A DNA stretch of 64,000 nucleotides. It comes from Vairimorpha necatrix. Taxonomy: Eukaryota. Position numbers and translations under genes: made by a program. Location: contig CP142726.1 in NCBI GenBank assembly GCA_036630325.1, positions 248,001 through 312,000 on the forward strand, given 5' to 3'. This document shows positions 37,758 to 50,590 of this stretch, one piece after another. The notes under the pieces are model-generated. The model saw only the letters and a list, made by a program, of their open reading frames with translations. It ran no database searches and was not told the DNA's origin. Each line of letters begins with the position of its first letter. The stretch's first letter is position 1.

Positions 37758-40700
37758 TATTTGGACAAGAAGAATGTGTTGTCGCAATGTGCCAGAACAC
37801 CAGAGGATGTTCTAGGTGCGTTTGTGATCAACGGATTACCAGAGAATATAGGAAATATGATCATGTTAAATTGTCCAGAAAGGTTGTCGTGGTCGTACAT
37901 ATATAAATTTGTAGTGGGCTGCAGTGGCAGAAGATTTCAGCTGAGGGTACTTCGCCCAATGTCTACGAAGTTGATGCAGTTTAGAATACAAAATTTGTGT
38001 CTAAATTAGGTAATAAAGGGACGCCAGAGACGGGCAAGGTAAGATGTTTTTATTGCGGTAAATTAGGTCATATAAAGAGACAAAGTTTTAAATTCCAGAG
38101 AAAATTGCATTTATTATGGAATCTGGCACGGAGAGGAATGAGGAAAAGGAAGCGGAAGATAGTTTCAATAAAAAAAATTTGTTTTTTTGACAGCCATGAA
38201 AGCTGATGTGTTTTCATAAGACTCGTTCCCGATAGTTCATATAAAAGGGGAGAAATAGTTATAAAGCGTTGTTAATTCGGGTTCTGCGGTAAATGTAATT
38301 TGTAGAGGATTAATTCCGGAAATTGTTATTTTATGGATACTAATGTGGTTTTAAAGTCGGCAGGAGAAGATTAAATGGGTGTTTTAGAAAATGTTAGGTT
38401 GTCCTTCTGGTGGAATGATACAGAGCTTACTGAAGAATTTATTGTTTTTACAAAAAAAATTTATGTTATAATTTTGGGATGACCGTTTTTGAGAAGAAAC
38501 AAACTGACATTATTATGGAAGGAGGGATTTTAGGTCTTCAGTATTGATAAGCGTATAAATATGTTAGGAGAACATACAATTGACACAGGAAATGCTGCTC
38601 GAGTTGTGACGCCGATATGTAGGAATGGTATGTCATTAGAGGATGAAATTTAAGAGTATTTGAACAAGGGCTTTTAAACCCTCTAAGAGTCTATGGCGGA
38701 GTCCGTTGGTAATAATTAAGAAGAAAGAAGAAGGTTGGAGAATTTGTATAGATTATAGGAGATTAAACGATGTTACATGTCAAACGCTTTATCCATGCCA
38801 AGGGTCGATGAAATAGATCAGTTGAACGGAGCTAAGATTTTCAAAAAGTTGGATGCTTTATCGGGGTATCATCAAATAGAATGAGTGAGAAAGATTTGGA
38901 GAAGACGGCCTTTGGATCCAGAGATGGTCTATTTAAGTTTTTAAGAGTGCCATTTGGATTTAAATTGGGCCGGCAACATTCCAGCGAGCAATGAATAATG
39001 TATTAAGAGAATTTATTGGTAAATGTGTGATTGTGTACATAAATGATATTTTAATTTACATTTAGAATATGAAGAGCATGTAGTGCATTTAAAGCAAGTG
39101 TTAAGAGATTAGATGAGTTCGGTTTGAATTTAATGCGTCAAAATGTGAATACAGAAAATAAGAGCTAAAGATTGTGGGAGTAACAGTGGGAAGAATGGTA
39201 TTAGAATTAATGATGATAGGATAAGCAAATTGTAGATATGCGTCTGCCCACGTCAAGGAAAGATTTAGAATCGTTTTTGGGATTGATTAATTAATGCGTC
39301 GGTTTTTGAGAAATGTATTTGAGCACAGAGTATTTATATGGTTTACTGAAGAAGGAAAATGAAGGGAAGTTTACGACGATCGAGTATGATGAGAAATACA
39401 AGAGATCAATAGAAGCATTTAAGTTAGAAGTTGGGGAAACAATATGGATGGCGTTAACCAGAAGGAGAGGGAATTCATTTTATACACGGACGCTTCTGAC
39501 GTAGGGAGAGAGGCGATTTTATCACAGATACAGGATGGAGAAGAGAAAATTGTATTAGGTTTTTTAGTAAGGTTCATTCAAAACTGGAGAGGAACTATTC
39601 TGCCCTAGAAAAGAATTGTTGGCTGTAATTAGGGCATTAACAGATTTAAGACCGTATTTAATTGGGATAAGTTTGAGCTACGAACGAATCATAAAGCATC
39701 GATTCGGTTGTTTTCGTCAAAAATATGAAGTGAAGATTAGCAAGATGGTCATTATTTCCACAAGAACATGATTTTGCAACAAAACAGATTAAATGTGAAA
39801 AAATTAGCGGATGTATTAAGTAGAACTGCTTGTGTTGATGCAGTATTAGAGAATAAGGAAGTGTCAGTAAAAGAGGTTCTTAAGAAACATGGGATGTTAG
39901 CACATGGTTCAGCAGAGGAAGTTTTTATGGCTTAAAGGTGATCGAAGAGAGATATCAGAAGTAAAGGTTAGAGTTTTAATTAAAAATTGTAGGGGTTTTC
40001 AACAGATGGTCGTTCTAAAGTTAAAAAAAACAAATAATAGTGTTCAATCATCAGGTCCTTTTAAATTCCGGGAGATTGATATGGTGGGTCCATTGATTTG
40101 ATTTAGAAGGAAACAAGTTTATTTTAACAATGAAAGATCATTGGACAAAGATGGCTGAGATGTAAGGGTGAAGTCAAAAGATATGGAAGTATTGTTGAAG
40201 CAGTTGAACGATCCATATTGAAAAAATATGGCATAGCGGAGAAGATTTTGTTGGATAACGGTAAGGAGTTCAAGAATAGAATGACGGAGGAACTGGCCAA
40301 TACGTATGGATTTAAATGGGTTTTTACATTCCTTATTCTCCGAGAAATACAAGTTTGGTAGAGAGATTTAATGGGATGTTTATTATGAAGTTGAGGAAAT
40401 TGTGTAGATTCGGTTCGTTAGATTGGGGAGAGCAGCTAGAAAAAACAAGACTAGAATATTTGAATTCATATCATAGGATTATAAAATGTACACCATTGGA
40501 AAAAAGCATGATGGAACAGAAAGATAACTTGCCGGTGCATTCGAAACGCGGAAAATTATAGCTAGAGAAAGAAGGTTTATTATTGGTGGTCTAAACTTAA
40601 GATGGAAGATTTTGTTATGTTTAGTGATAAATCAGTAAGTAGGGATAAATTAGATCCAAAATATACTCATAAAGGGGAAATTCTAGAGAAAATGTTAGAG

Positions 40701-40859
40701 TCAGCTAGACTGTAATTAAACGATGGGAGAGTGGTTGTTTCAAATGTAAGACAGTTAGGATTTTTTTGAAGAGTGAAAGTGGTATGTACCTTTCTGTAAC
40801 ATTTATTCCTTATTATTTGTACTCCCCTTCCCCGAATTTATAATAAATGTTTATAGACA
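37758..40859 (+). mobile_element. Heavily degenerate Ty3/Gypsy element lacking its 5' end
   Basis: Knuckle CFYCGKLGH; protease remnant NSGSAVN; RT CIDYRRLN, LDALSGYHQ, VPFG; RNase H TDAS; integrase IDMVGP, DNGKEF, VERFN. Candidate short 3' LTR at 40785-40859. Confidence 0.85.
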
Positions 40860-42097
40860 ATAGTTACTCCAAAAATTTTCATCTTTCGCAAGAAGCATTT
40901 TCTTCGAAATTAATTCAAAAAGAATTTTTTGACATTACCCCTTCGCAAGCGAGCAATTTTATTGAATAGATTCTGGAGATATTAAATCTTACTATTTTTG
41001 TACAAAGAATTTAGGATTGTGTTCAATATATCAAATGCTCAATAAAAATTGTATCTACTTTGCATAATTTTTTTTTGGTGTAAAATTTTCGAGTTTAAAA
41101 TTCGAGTATGCAATGCCAAATATAAATCATTTTTAGCACACCATCTTTTCGATGTTTTTTCTTCTTTGTTGTATCATTAAGTTCTTCATCAGTCTGTATG
41201 TCGCATTGAAATGTTTATTTTGCATCCCTCTTTGGATGTATTTTTTTGGCATTATACTTATACTAAACGAAAATAAAAGGTTTTTTTCAACCCTACAACT
41301 TTTTGCTATTTTTTTGGCTTATAAATTATTATAATCACTTTGAACTATGCACCTATTTTTTGTTTTAATATAAAACACTGCATAATCGAACAGGTGAAGA
41401 AGCGGGAGTTATTTAATAAAACTATACGCTTGCATTCAAAAAAATAAAATTTAAAACTTTTTGAAATTCTCATGATAGAACTCTGAGAATATTGGAGTTT
41501 TGAAATTGAAAAAAGAAAATAAATATAACTAAAAACGGAGTAGTATGCGACCCCAATTTGAAATTTGACAAAACAGCACAAATTAAATAATTTCTCTACC
41601 AAAAGAATTGATACCGCTATTTTGTTTGTATACAAGCTGTTGAGCAACGAATGAATAAAAATATTCAGTCAGTGTAAACAATTTATACGTTATAAACTTT
41701 GTTTAAATGTTAGTTTAATATTTTAAAGTTATAACTTAACAAAAAACTTTTGCAGGATTTTGCTTTTTATATAGACTTTAAATTCTTTTATTATTTTATA
41801 TCATTTATATGATTTCTAATCTACATAACTATATATTTTTTTCATATCCTTCTTTCACTATATATTTTCCTAAATCAGAATGTGGTACGAGTTGCCTTCC
41901 AGACTGCTCGGAGGGATAAAAATATTCGTAATTAATAAATCAGTCAAAAGTCCCTTTGATACTTGTTTTCATTGTCGGTGTCGGGGTTAAAAATAATTTT
42001 TTTTTATAGTTTCCCCCTGTCAACTTATTTAAGAAAATAGGGAAATTTATGAAAAAATAGAAATTACCATATTTGATGTGTCAAAGCATTTCGAAAT

Positions 42098-42836
42098 AGT
42101 GCACTTAGCCAAGTGGTCGAAGGTGATGCTTCCATTTATAATTTAGGTTCAAATCCCAGGGGCTATAAAATTGGTTCTAACTTTTTATGATGCAGTGAAA
42201 ATAACTCAGATGAGTAAAAATGTCCACGTTGATCATGTAGTTGAATCGATGAAACTTGTGTGTGTTCAGTACGGGGGAGGGGGTAGCATCTAGCGTAGAA
42301 ACGAACACAATGCTGAAAAACAGTATCATCCTTGTGGTGACTTAATGATACATAAAAGTATCTAATAGGTACGGCGTAGTTAACCCCCAGTTGATGCACT
42401 CTGAGTGATCCTAGAGCTAACTAAGAGACTATACGAAGTAGGGCAATAGAAGGTCTCGTGGACCCTATCCTATAAGATTCTGTAACACGGTGGCCGATGC
42501 CAGTGGAAAACTAATGTTCAACACAACCCAATAAAAGATGCGGGCTAATGATATGGGCGCGTAAGGAGCCGAGTGTGCGATACAGATAATTGTATGAGCC
42601 ATTGGGTCAGTACGATAATATTCCTCCTCGGGTTAAAGATGACCAAGCCCGTGTGTATATCCGCTTTGGGGCACTCTGGATGCGAATTGAAGTATTAATG
42701 GAAATTTTTTTTGGAGCAAAGTCCATAAATACGGCGGGCTTGTTGCAACGGTATGTTTTATAAAGGGAGTTTTGCGAGTAAAAATCATAAAGTACAGTGG
42801 ATAAAGATCACACATGACCCCGCTTTTGATCCTTAT
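42098..42836 (+). mobile_element. tRNA-headed SINE-like family 1, copy C
   Basis: Head TAGCCAAGTGGTCGAAGG...GGTTCAAATCCCAGGGG; long blocks identical to the reverse complement of copies A/B (GGTGACTTAATGATACATAAAAGTATCT, GTAGGGCAATAGAAGGTCTC). Confidence 0.85.
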
Positions 42837-42970
42837 AAAATATTCTTCATTAATTTTACTCTAAAGAAACAAATAGCAGCTTAGTTTATCACGTAGAAAA
42901 ATGATTCTAAAAAATACAAAAAAATAAGGCTAATCAGAAAATGTCCAAATATGCTATACGTTGTTGATAC

Positions 42971-43195
42971 TGTGGTATCCACCACTTAAGAACATATCAA
43001 GAATATTAATATTTATTTGGTTGTTTACCGTGTTGGTTGACCTTCTTGTTTCCTGTCCTTTATTCATCTCGTACCCCTGAATGGGTAGAATGTTTAAATA
43101 TTTATCGGAGGGAAAAGTATTGGACTTGGAGGGAAAGATGTCAAATTTGGAGGAAAGTGTTAGTAAACATATCGTATGATATTTAGGATATCATA
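42971..43195 (-). repeat. Solo LTR distantly related to the LTR of element 1341-5349
   Basis: Starts TGTGGT; 5-bp TSD GATAC on both sides; shares TACCC and TCGGAGGGAAAA with the LTR at 1341-1567; second copy at 24458. Confidence 0.7.
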
Positions 43196-44644
43196 GATAC
43201 ATATAGAAAGTATATTAACGAAGGTGGTGGTTAAAAAAAAAATTTGCGACATTTAAACCAAAGCAAGACAACTACAAGACTTTCTCTATTTTATAAAGGA
43301 GAAATAATAAGTTTTTTTTGTATATTTTAGGTTAGAAAACAGGCCACAAACGTTGCAGATATTATTCGACTCCAATTTGATCTAAAAAGTGTGTAATTGG
43401 ATTTTTGTGGACAAGATCACAACGGCCAATACTATAATCTATAAAGGATTTTGAATTCTTGAAGAATTTTTTAGAAGTATACAAGATTATATTATTGCAG
43501 TTATTCAAATAAATTTAATTAGTAAAAAAGGTTGGGGAATTAAAAATATTAACGAAATGGATTAACTTCTACGTAGCATGCAAAAGGAGTAAAAGGAATT
43601 AGAGACTTTAAAGCGATAGGATACTTATTTAAAGTTTCTTGGGCTTGACACGAAGTGCGCATATCTATTAAGAGACTAGGCATCAAATACAAGAAAAATA
43701 CGTAATCTTGGGCCCAATTTGTAGATCATGGAGCAAATAAATCTTAGTTTTAACGCGTTTTCAAAAAGTTAATTTTAAATTTAAAAATTTTATAAGTAAC
43801 TTAATGCTCTATTGATCTTTGTAAGGCATTACTCGGGAGTTGGAGATTCCTCATAGAGCATTCTATGTTGCTTCTTCGAGCGCTAGAGTTTTGTTATTGG
43901 TTGAATTGTATTTATTAGAATTGCCAACTTAAGCATTACTTTCTGTCCTCCGGAGATACTGCGATTGATAGTACTGTTTGGTTAACCTCTGTATTTTCGT
44001 GGGTAAAATAAAAAATTAATTTTTTTATGAAAATAACTCTAGAAAATATATTTTAAGGAAATAAAATAATGTGGTAAATAAAATAATTTGAATGTTTGAC
44101 TTATTTATTTGCAAAAGATTATTAAATTGCCGTATTATTGTTAATCTTTCTCGTTGTGTAGTTAAAGCTAAAAATAAAATAACAGCAAATATTTGGGGGT
44201 ACAACTCACTTATTCTTTTTCCAAAAAATAAATTTATAAACAAACATTGAATATTGAGGCATTTATGATACCTCAATAAAAGTGAAAGAACAATGGTAGT
44301 TTGGAATTCTCAAATTTTTAAATATGAAATAAAATCTTGCTAATGTGTAAGAAAAGTAACAAAGGAATAAGATCTGTCTTGTTTTTAGACAATTGTCCTT
44401 AAGTATGAATTGAGGAGATTCATGCCAACAATAGACATAGATATATTTTAAAGAGAATCGTACGCAGTATTTTGGGACGTTAAGCCATTCAAGACCCTTG
44501 GAGAAAAAGCGTATAAATAGACTCAGTTCAATGCTTTAGCAGATATTATAAAATAACATGATTTGATCTGAAGAGTTAAAATTGATGAATAAGCTTTTAT
44601 AATTGTTTTGAGGTCAATTACAATAATCTTTTAAAACAATGAAT

Positions 44645-45767
44645 GGCGGCTAAAGTATGCATTAGCTACAAAAAATCGATATAGGTTTTTTTCCCCCATT
44701 TTTTAAAAAATGGAGGAGAGAATTCGATCAAGAGAAGAATTGGAGTTCATATAATATGATCTAATAATTGAGAAACAAAATAAAATATGTAGCGTCTGTG
44801 ATCAAAAAATGAAACAAAGAGAGGAGCAAAGAAGTCTCATAAGTTGTCTATGGTCTCATGTAAAAACACAATTTCGATCTGGAATGGGACGTTCTTTCAT
44901 GATTAGACTAAATCACATTAAAATATTACAAATACTAAATATGTGGATTCTAGGTTATTCACGTAAGTCCATTTCTCAAGTTTTAGGTTGTAATAAATTT
45001 TCTATATCTACCGTGCTAAAAAATTTAAAAAAAGAGTCTTTATGATAAGTATTTATCTAGTATAAGGACTATTGAAGGCAATAATATATTAGTAAAAATT
45101 GTTGAGACGCAGATCGGGAAGAATAATACAATAGGGGGAGTTAGTAAAAGGATTTGGTGTTTTATAATGGTTAACGTACCATCCAACGCCGAATCATATT
45201 TGTACATTTAAGAAAAGAGACAAAAGAACACTTACCGAAATTAAATTAAAACATGTAAGTATTTGCTGTATAATATATAGCGATATGTGGAGAGCGAACA
45301 TTCTTTAAATACATTATTTAACAAACATCATATGGTTAATCATACATTACATTTTAGAGATCCGGATACAGAAGTACATACCAATACCATAGAAGGTAAT
45401 TGGAGATCTCTAAAACATTCTATACCTTATAGAAACAGATCATCGAATAGCGCCAAACTTTTTATATTTAGATATATGATCCAAAGAAACTCCACAACTT
45501 CAGTGTTTGAAGCTTTATTAAAATATTTATTCTAGTTTGTATTTTTGCTACTTCCTTAATATTTTCTCTCCTCCATTTTTGAAAAAATGGAGGAGGAGGA
45601 GAGAAAAAAAACAAAAAAAAACAAAAAAAACAAAAAAAACAAAAAAAAACAAAAAAAACAAAAAAAACAAAAAAACAAAAAAAACAAAAAAACAAAAAAA
45701 ACAAAAAAAACAAAAAAAACAAAAAAACCCCCATATCGATTTTTTGTAGCTAATGCATACTTTAGCC
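44645..45767 (+). mobile_element. Degenerate Merlin DNA transposon
   Basis: TIRs GGCTAAAGTATGCATTAGCTACAAAAAATCGATAT; transposase remnant HMVNHTLHFRDPDTEVHTNTIEGNW. No TSD found. Confidence 0.85.
45604..45727 (+). repeat. (C A7-9)n simple tandem repeat inside the right arm of the Merlin element
   Basis: Directly visible; ~14 units. Confidence 0.95.
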
Positions 45768-47134
45768 AAAAGATTTATATGGGTACTAAGCGATCGCAAA
45801 GTATATTTAGTTTGAGGATCTAGCAGCAGGGGCCAAATATTGAAACATAGATGAGGTAGATTTATTGAAAGTTTTTCATTTTGATTTAAAGAGTAGTTGT
45901 ACTGTATAATATGAGTTGAGAAAGAGAAATTTCATGTTAAGACGTAAAGTTCAAGTTTGAGACTATCGGAAAATTGCGTCCCATATAACAAGTATAATAA
46001 GAGGGCAGTTGGTGTTGAGTAATTTAATATAGTCACGAGGTATAAAAAAATTAGGTTCGAAATGATAGACATAGAGATGGGGTAGTAAAGGCCATTGATA
46101 CGTTATTATTGTACGGGAGAAATAATTTCGAGTTTTAAATAATAAGCATGCAATAAAATTTTCAAAGACACATGTGTACTTTAAGTTTTTATAAATGAAC
46201 AAACGTATAACAATAGAGTAGTTTGCTACTTTAAATCATCTAAGTTGCACAATAATGATTATAACTTATAGTAAGATTAGCATTGCGACTCATAGTAGCA
46301 ACTGGAGTGTTGAAGAAATCTAAAAACAATGAAATGGTTTATTTGTTAGATTTAAAAAGATCAAGGATTTGAACGTGGGCTATTATCGTATAAAGTTTAC
46401 TTTTGAGATATACAAAACCTAAATTCTTTGTATTTCTTAATAAACAATAATAGCAATAATAAATTGTTTATATTTTAAAACATATAGAAAACTACACCTT
46501 CTTACCCCTGTAGATTTTTAAGAATCTGATCCCGTTTTGTTTTGATTCTTTTCTAAAATTAGTATTACAAACATGACAAGATAAAATACTTTTTATTAAT
46601 TCGTAGTATTCCTTGCTCTTTTAGCGTCTTCATCATAAATTACAGCACGACATTGACGCCTATGTTTTCACTTATTTTGTGCTACATTTATTTTCTCAGT
46701 TATTTTTGTAGTTTTGTTTTATATGAATTTTGCTATTCAGCTATGGTAAATCGTGCCGGTTGTATACATGTGTGTTACCACCAGGGAGATGGCTATTTTG
46801 TAAATAGCATTCAATGATGCTTCTCAATGCCTTTAACTTGGTTTTAGTTGGATTGTATTTATATGTATCCGTGTGGGGTTTAGCCATCCTCTTGAGAGGG
46901 GTTAAGTCTCTTCTCGACCTCCCGTAGTTTTCGACTGATTCCCCTTTTTTCATCTATTTATATGTGTGGTAAAATAAAAAGAAAATATTTATAGCAAAAA
47001 GTTTTTTAGAAAATCACTTGGAGAGAAAATAAAATAAAATAAATAATGTGATAAAAAATACCACAGTGCTATTTCGATTAGTAACGTACTAGTCTTCATG
47101 TCTGAAGAGGCTATAGACTATTTATACTTTTTTT

Positions 47135-47769
47135 GGTATATGACCTTTTGGAACCCGCCTTGAAATTTTTAAGGGGTTTTTTTCAAAAATCGTAAAATTG
47201 GCACTAACAATGTTCATTTGTGGCAGATGAGCTTTTTAGTGATGAGATATATCTATACAGGAAAACAGCGGAAAGTTATTTATGAAACATTTCATGCTAA
47301 ATCGGCATGCGCCTTGCTCGTTTCTGTAACTAGTAGAAATACTGCTATTTCCTTGAGATGATACAAGATAATTTTATCCTGTTTCTATTATGATCTCTAA
47401 TCAATCGGTAGCATACGAGGCCACATTAGACAAGCAAAGGGATTGAGCACAGTACTATGAATCACTCCATCAATGCTGTAACCCGTAGCAATTCTGAGAC
47501 ACAATACCAAATAATTTATTTGTTTTGGCCCATTTCTGAAAGAAATATTCGATCTGTACATTAAAAAATCCAGGATGAACATTATGAGTATCTTTTACAG
47601 TTCCTCGGGGCCTTCAAAACTTCCATTAATAACAGTTAAATCATCTTCTTTCATTATTTAAAATAAATCGTTAAGTCTCTTTTTCCATAATTTAATACGT
47701 ATCATTTCCTTTTTAGATTTTTGAAAGCGCGTTCATTTTCCCAAAGCAGGATACAAACGGTCATGTACC
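47135..47769 (+). mobile_element. Internally deleted Merlin-type element (GGTACATGACC TIR family)
   Basis: TIRs GGTATATGACC and GGTCATGTACC; imperfect TSD CTTTTTTT/CTTTTTAG; HSTMNHS remnant; closely similar to 63623-64000. Confidence 0.75.
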
Positions 47770-48144
47770 CTTTTTAGAGTTTTATACATTTTATCTCTGT
47801 CTTTTAATTTTCTCATCATAATGCAGTTTCGTTAGTCTGTGTTGCTTTCTAGTCTTCTCTTTTTTAAATTACAACCTAGAATTTTCTAATTATTAAATTA
47901 TTTTTGCCCTAAATATTGCGATCTAAAGGATAATATTGTGCTTATGTTATTTTTATTTTCAGGATAAATATTCTATATACAAAACATGTATAAGTTTTAA
48001 ATAAAAGTTATCGGTTTTCTCTTCGAGGCTGGTCTTTGGCCGCCGACTCAATGTTGTTTTCAATAGTAAATTGTTTATTGCTCCTTTCGAGCCTCCATAT
48101 TGCATCTCCTTCCTTCATTTTATCCTCATGAGGTATATTTATTT

Positions 48145-49344
48145 AAAATTTTTACTTTACATCCCCTAATATATAAATTCGATTTTATAAAAACAACCCC
48201 TTTATAAAAAAACCGAAAAGATAAAAAAAATACGAAGAGAAAATAAAGAATTTAATAAGTACGTAAAATAGTAAAAGTAAGTTCTAATTTGGCCATATTA
48301 TATGTAAAACACGATAATAAATCAAATTTGATATTTATTTTATTGAATTGTCCTTAAATTATTGTCTTAATACATATAAATATATTTATTTTCTCGCTTC
48401 ATTAAAATTAGATTTATGCGCCGATAATACAGTTTTTATCATCTTTATGTTGTTTTAAACAGATTAAAGGTTTGTTTGTATTACTGCAATCTAAATAGCA
48501 ATAACATCCCAAGATAATTTGCAGAAAGTACGATATCTTAGCAAATGAATTTGGCCCATTGTACAAGTGCAAAGTTCAAATAAAACCATACGTCATGACA
48601 TGGGACGAAGATGTGACAAAATACCATAGCGACTATGTTAATGCCTTCGGCCTATCGACTAGTGCCGAAGCTTACATCCAAATGAGAATTATAAAGAACA
48701 CAAGAGAGCATCTTTTTTGAACATAGGCAGGGCTAGTCAAGCGAGGATCTGGAACCAAGAACATAGTAGAGCTATCTGGAGGGTGGTGTAGCCAGGTAGA
48801 GTGTGCGGCAGTGGAGGTAAATTAAAGAAGAAAACAAGCACATTTATAGCTTCAAAGAAAATTTATTGTTTATATTGTTTTTTACTATATATAAGAATTA
48901 GTATATTTGTTAATTTATTGGTTTTTAGACAAATGAAGAAGTAAAATTTCATATTTATGTTCTATAAAACATTCATATATATATATATTAACAAAATTGT
49001 AAACAATAAAAGATGAACCACCATGAGAATAGTTTAATTATTCATAAAAATATGTATTTTTTGCGTATTTTTATTAAAAACATTATAACTTAGTTATATT
49101 ATTATGCAAGTTATATTTATTAATATTATAATTTTATACACATAAATGTGTATATAGTAAGTGATTGGATCAAGAATGTGCAAAACAATAATTAAATAAT
49201 TTGTTTATTCTTTGCTATTATGGTTTTTTATAATGTTCTGGAGTTTTTTACTTTTGTTCTGCACGCTTTAAATTATCAAAATCAGAGATATTTTTAATAA
49301 TTTGTATTTATATATGTAGAGGAGGGTTGTAGATTTAAAGTTCC
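48145..49344. mobile_element. Non-autonomous TIR element, inverted paralog of 56159-57790, containing a non-LTR fragment
   Basis: Shared ends (CTTTACATCCCC; ATATATGTAG...GTTCC) and internal blocks (TAAGTTCTAATTTG.CCATATTA, GTTAATTTATTGGTTTTTAGA) with the reverse complement of 56159-57790. Confidence 0.7.
48482..48870 (+). mobile_element. 5'-truncated non-LTR retrotransposon 3' fragment
   Basis: Translates RKYDILANEF...YKCKVQIKPYVMTWDEDVTKYH; absent from the paralogous TIR element. Confidence 0.75.
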
Positions 49345-49842
49345 TTTTATTATACAATTGCTTTTGACATAATTAAGGGTATTTACTTTATCTCTAAGAT
49401 TGGCGAGTCTTGGAATGCGTCTGACACTCTAAATTGTTTTGATACATCATGTCTTTTATCTACACTTAGGCTTGTATACATCTGTGTACATAATGATTAG
49501 TAGGGACACTTCCATTCGAGACAAACCTCGAATTATTTGGTGTTTTCCCATACCTTCCTTCATTAGCCAACATATTGCCTCGTGTGATTCAGCATAAGAA
49601 GGTTATGATTTCTATTCACAAAGAAGAATAAAAAACCATAAGGCAAATCTTTTTTATTGAAACAACTATAGAACAAAATCGCAAAAAAAAAAGAAAATAG
49701 TCCAAACACAGCCTTAGCTACTAATTTCAATACAGGCTTTTTTATTTTTTCCCTTTTTTAAAACAAAGTGTTGATATTTTTATATTTTTTATTGCGCAAT
49801 TTCTAAGATGAGTAGATAGTGAGGACAATAATTCTGAAAATA

Positions 49843-50530
49843 ACATGATGGAGATCAAAAAATGATCGAACCTAACCAAAAAAAAACAAGGAAGAGGTTG
49901 TAAGTTCCCTCAAGGCATTTGACGTTAAAAATGCAGTATATTATAGAGTGGGATGGTTGGTTGTCAAACAGAAGCGAAGGAGATGGCTTGCATCAGCCGA
50001 GGCATCCGGATAGGTGAAGACTTAAAGGAGTTATAAATAGCCATGAGAAACTGTATTGTCTATAATAAGATCATGGAAAAGAAATGTCCAGATTGAGTAA
50101 AGCGGTAATCCCAATATTTACATTTGAGCTGTCTGGCAAAAAAGCTGAACCACCAGTGTTCAAAAATCTAGAGATTTAAAAAGAGAAGAAAATCAAAAAA
50201 AATTATGTTGTAGCTGAGGAATGAGATGGCCGAATAACATCCGTTTCCATTGTTGGAAAGACATATGCAAAGAAAAATCCCAAGCTCATCGACTTTATGT
50301 ATTTTTGCTGCGAAAAAAAGTACCGTAAAGACCAATACAAGAAGGGATAGTAAGACGCGAAAGAGTAAAGCGTAGCTCATGGTCAATAACATAAAATGCA
50401 CTATAATTTTGAGATCCATTAGTAGGCGTAAGAAGTATTAAAGATAATTACATCCTCAGTTCTATAATTAGAAGGTGATATTGAGAATGTAAATTTAATA
50501 AATTTAACCCCCCAACTCACAATTTTATTT
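49843..50530 (+). repeat. Dispersed non-coding repeat family 2, copy b
   Basis: Collinear with 13012-13648 (GTTGGTTGTC, GATGGCTTG, ATAGGTGAAGAC, GTGTTCAAAAAT, GATAATTACATC). Confidence 0.65.
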
Positions 50531-50590
50531 CCACAAATTTTATCATTTTTAAAGATCTATCTTAAAATAGTCAAAAATTTGTGTACGCAT

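Noticed and set aside
42205-42260. Hammerhead ribozyme (CAGATGAG...GAAAC) in the SINE body
   Set aside because: The core is CAGATGA rather than CTGATGA in copies A-C, and no stem II or III could be drawn.
42560-42620. Group II intron domain V (GAGCCG start)
   Set aside because: No complementary 3' arm or GNRA loop follows.
45468-45823. Lys-rich and Phe-rich ORFs (also 62477-62800)
   Set aside because: Translations of simple repeats.
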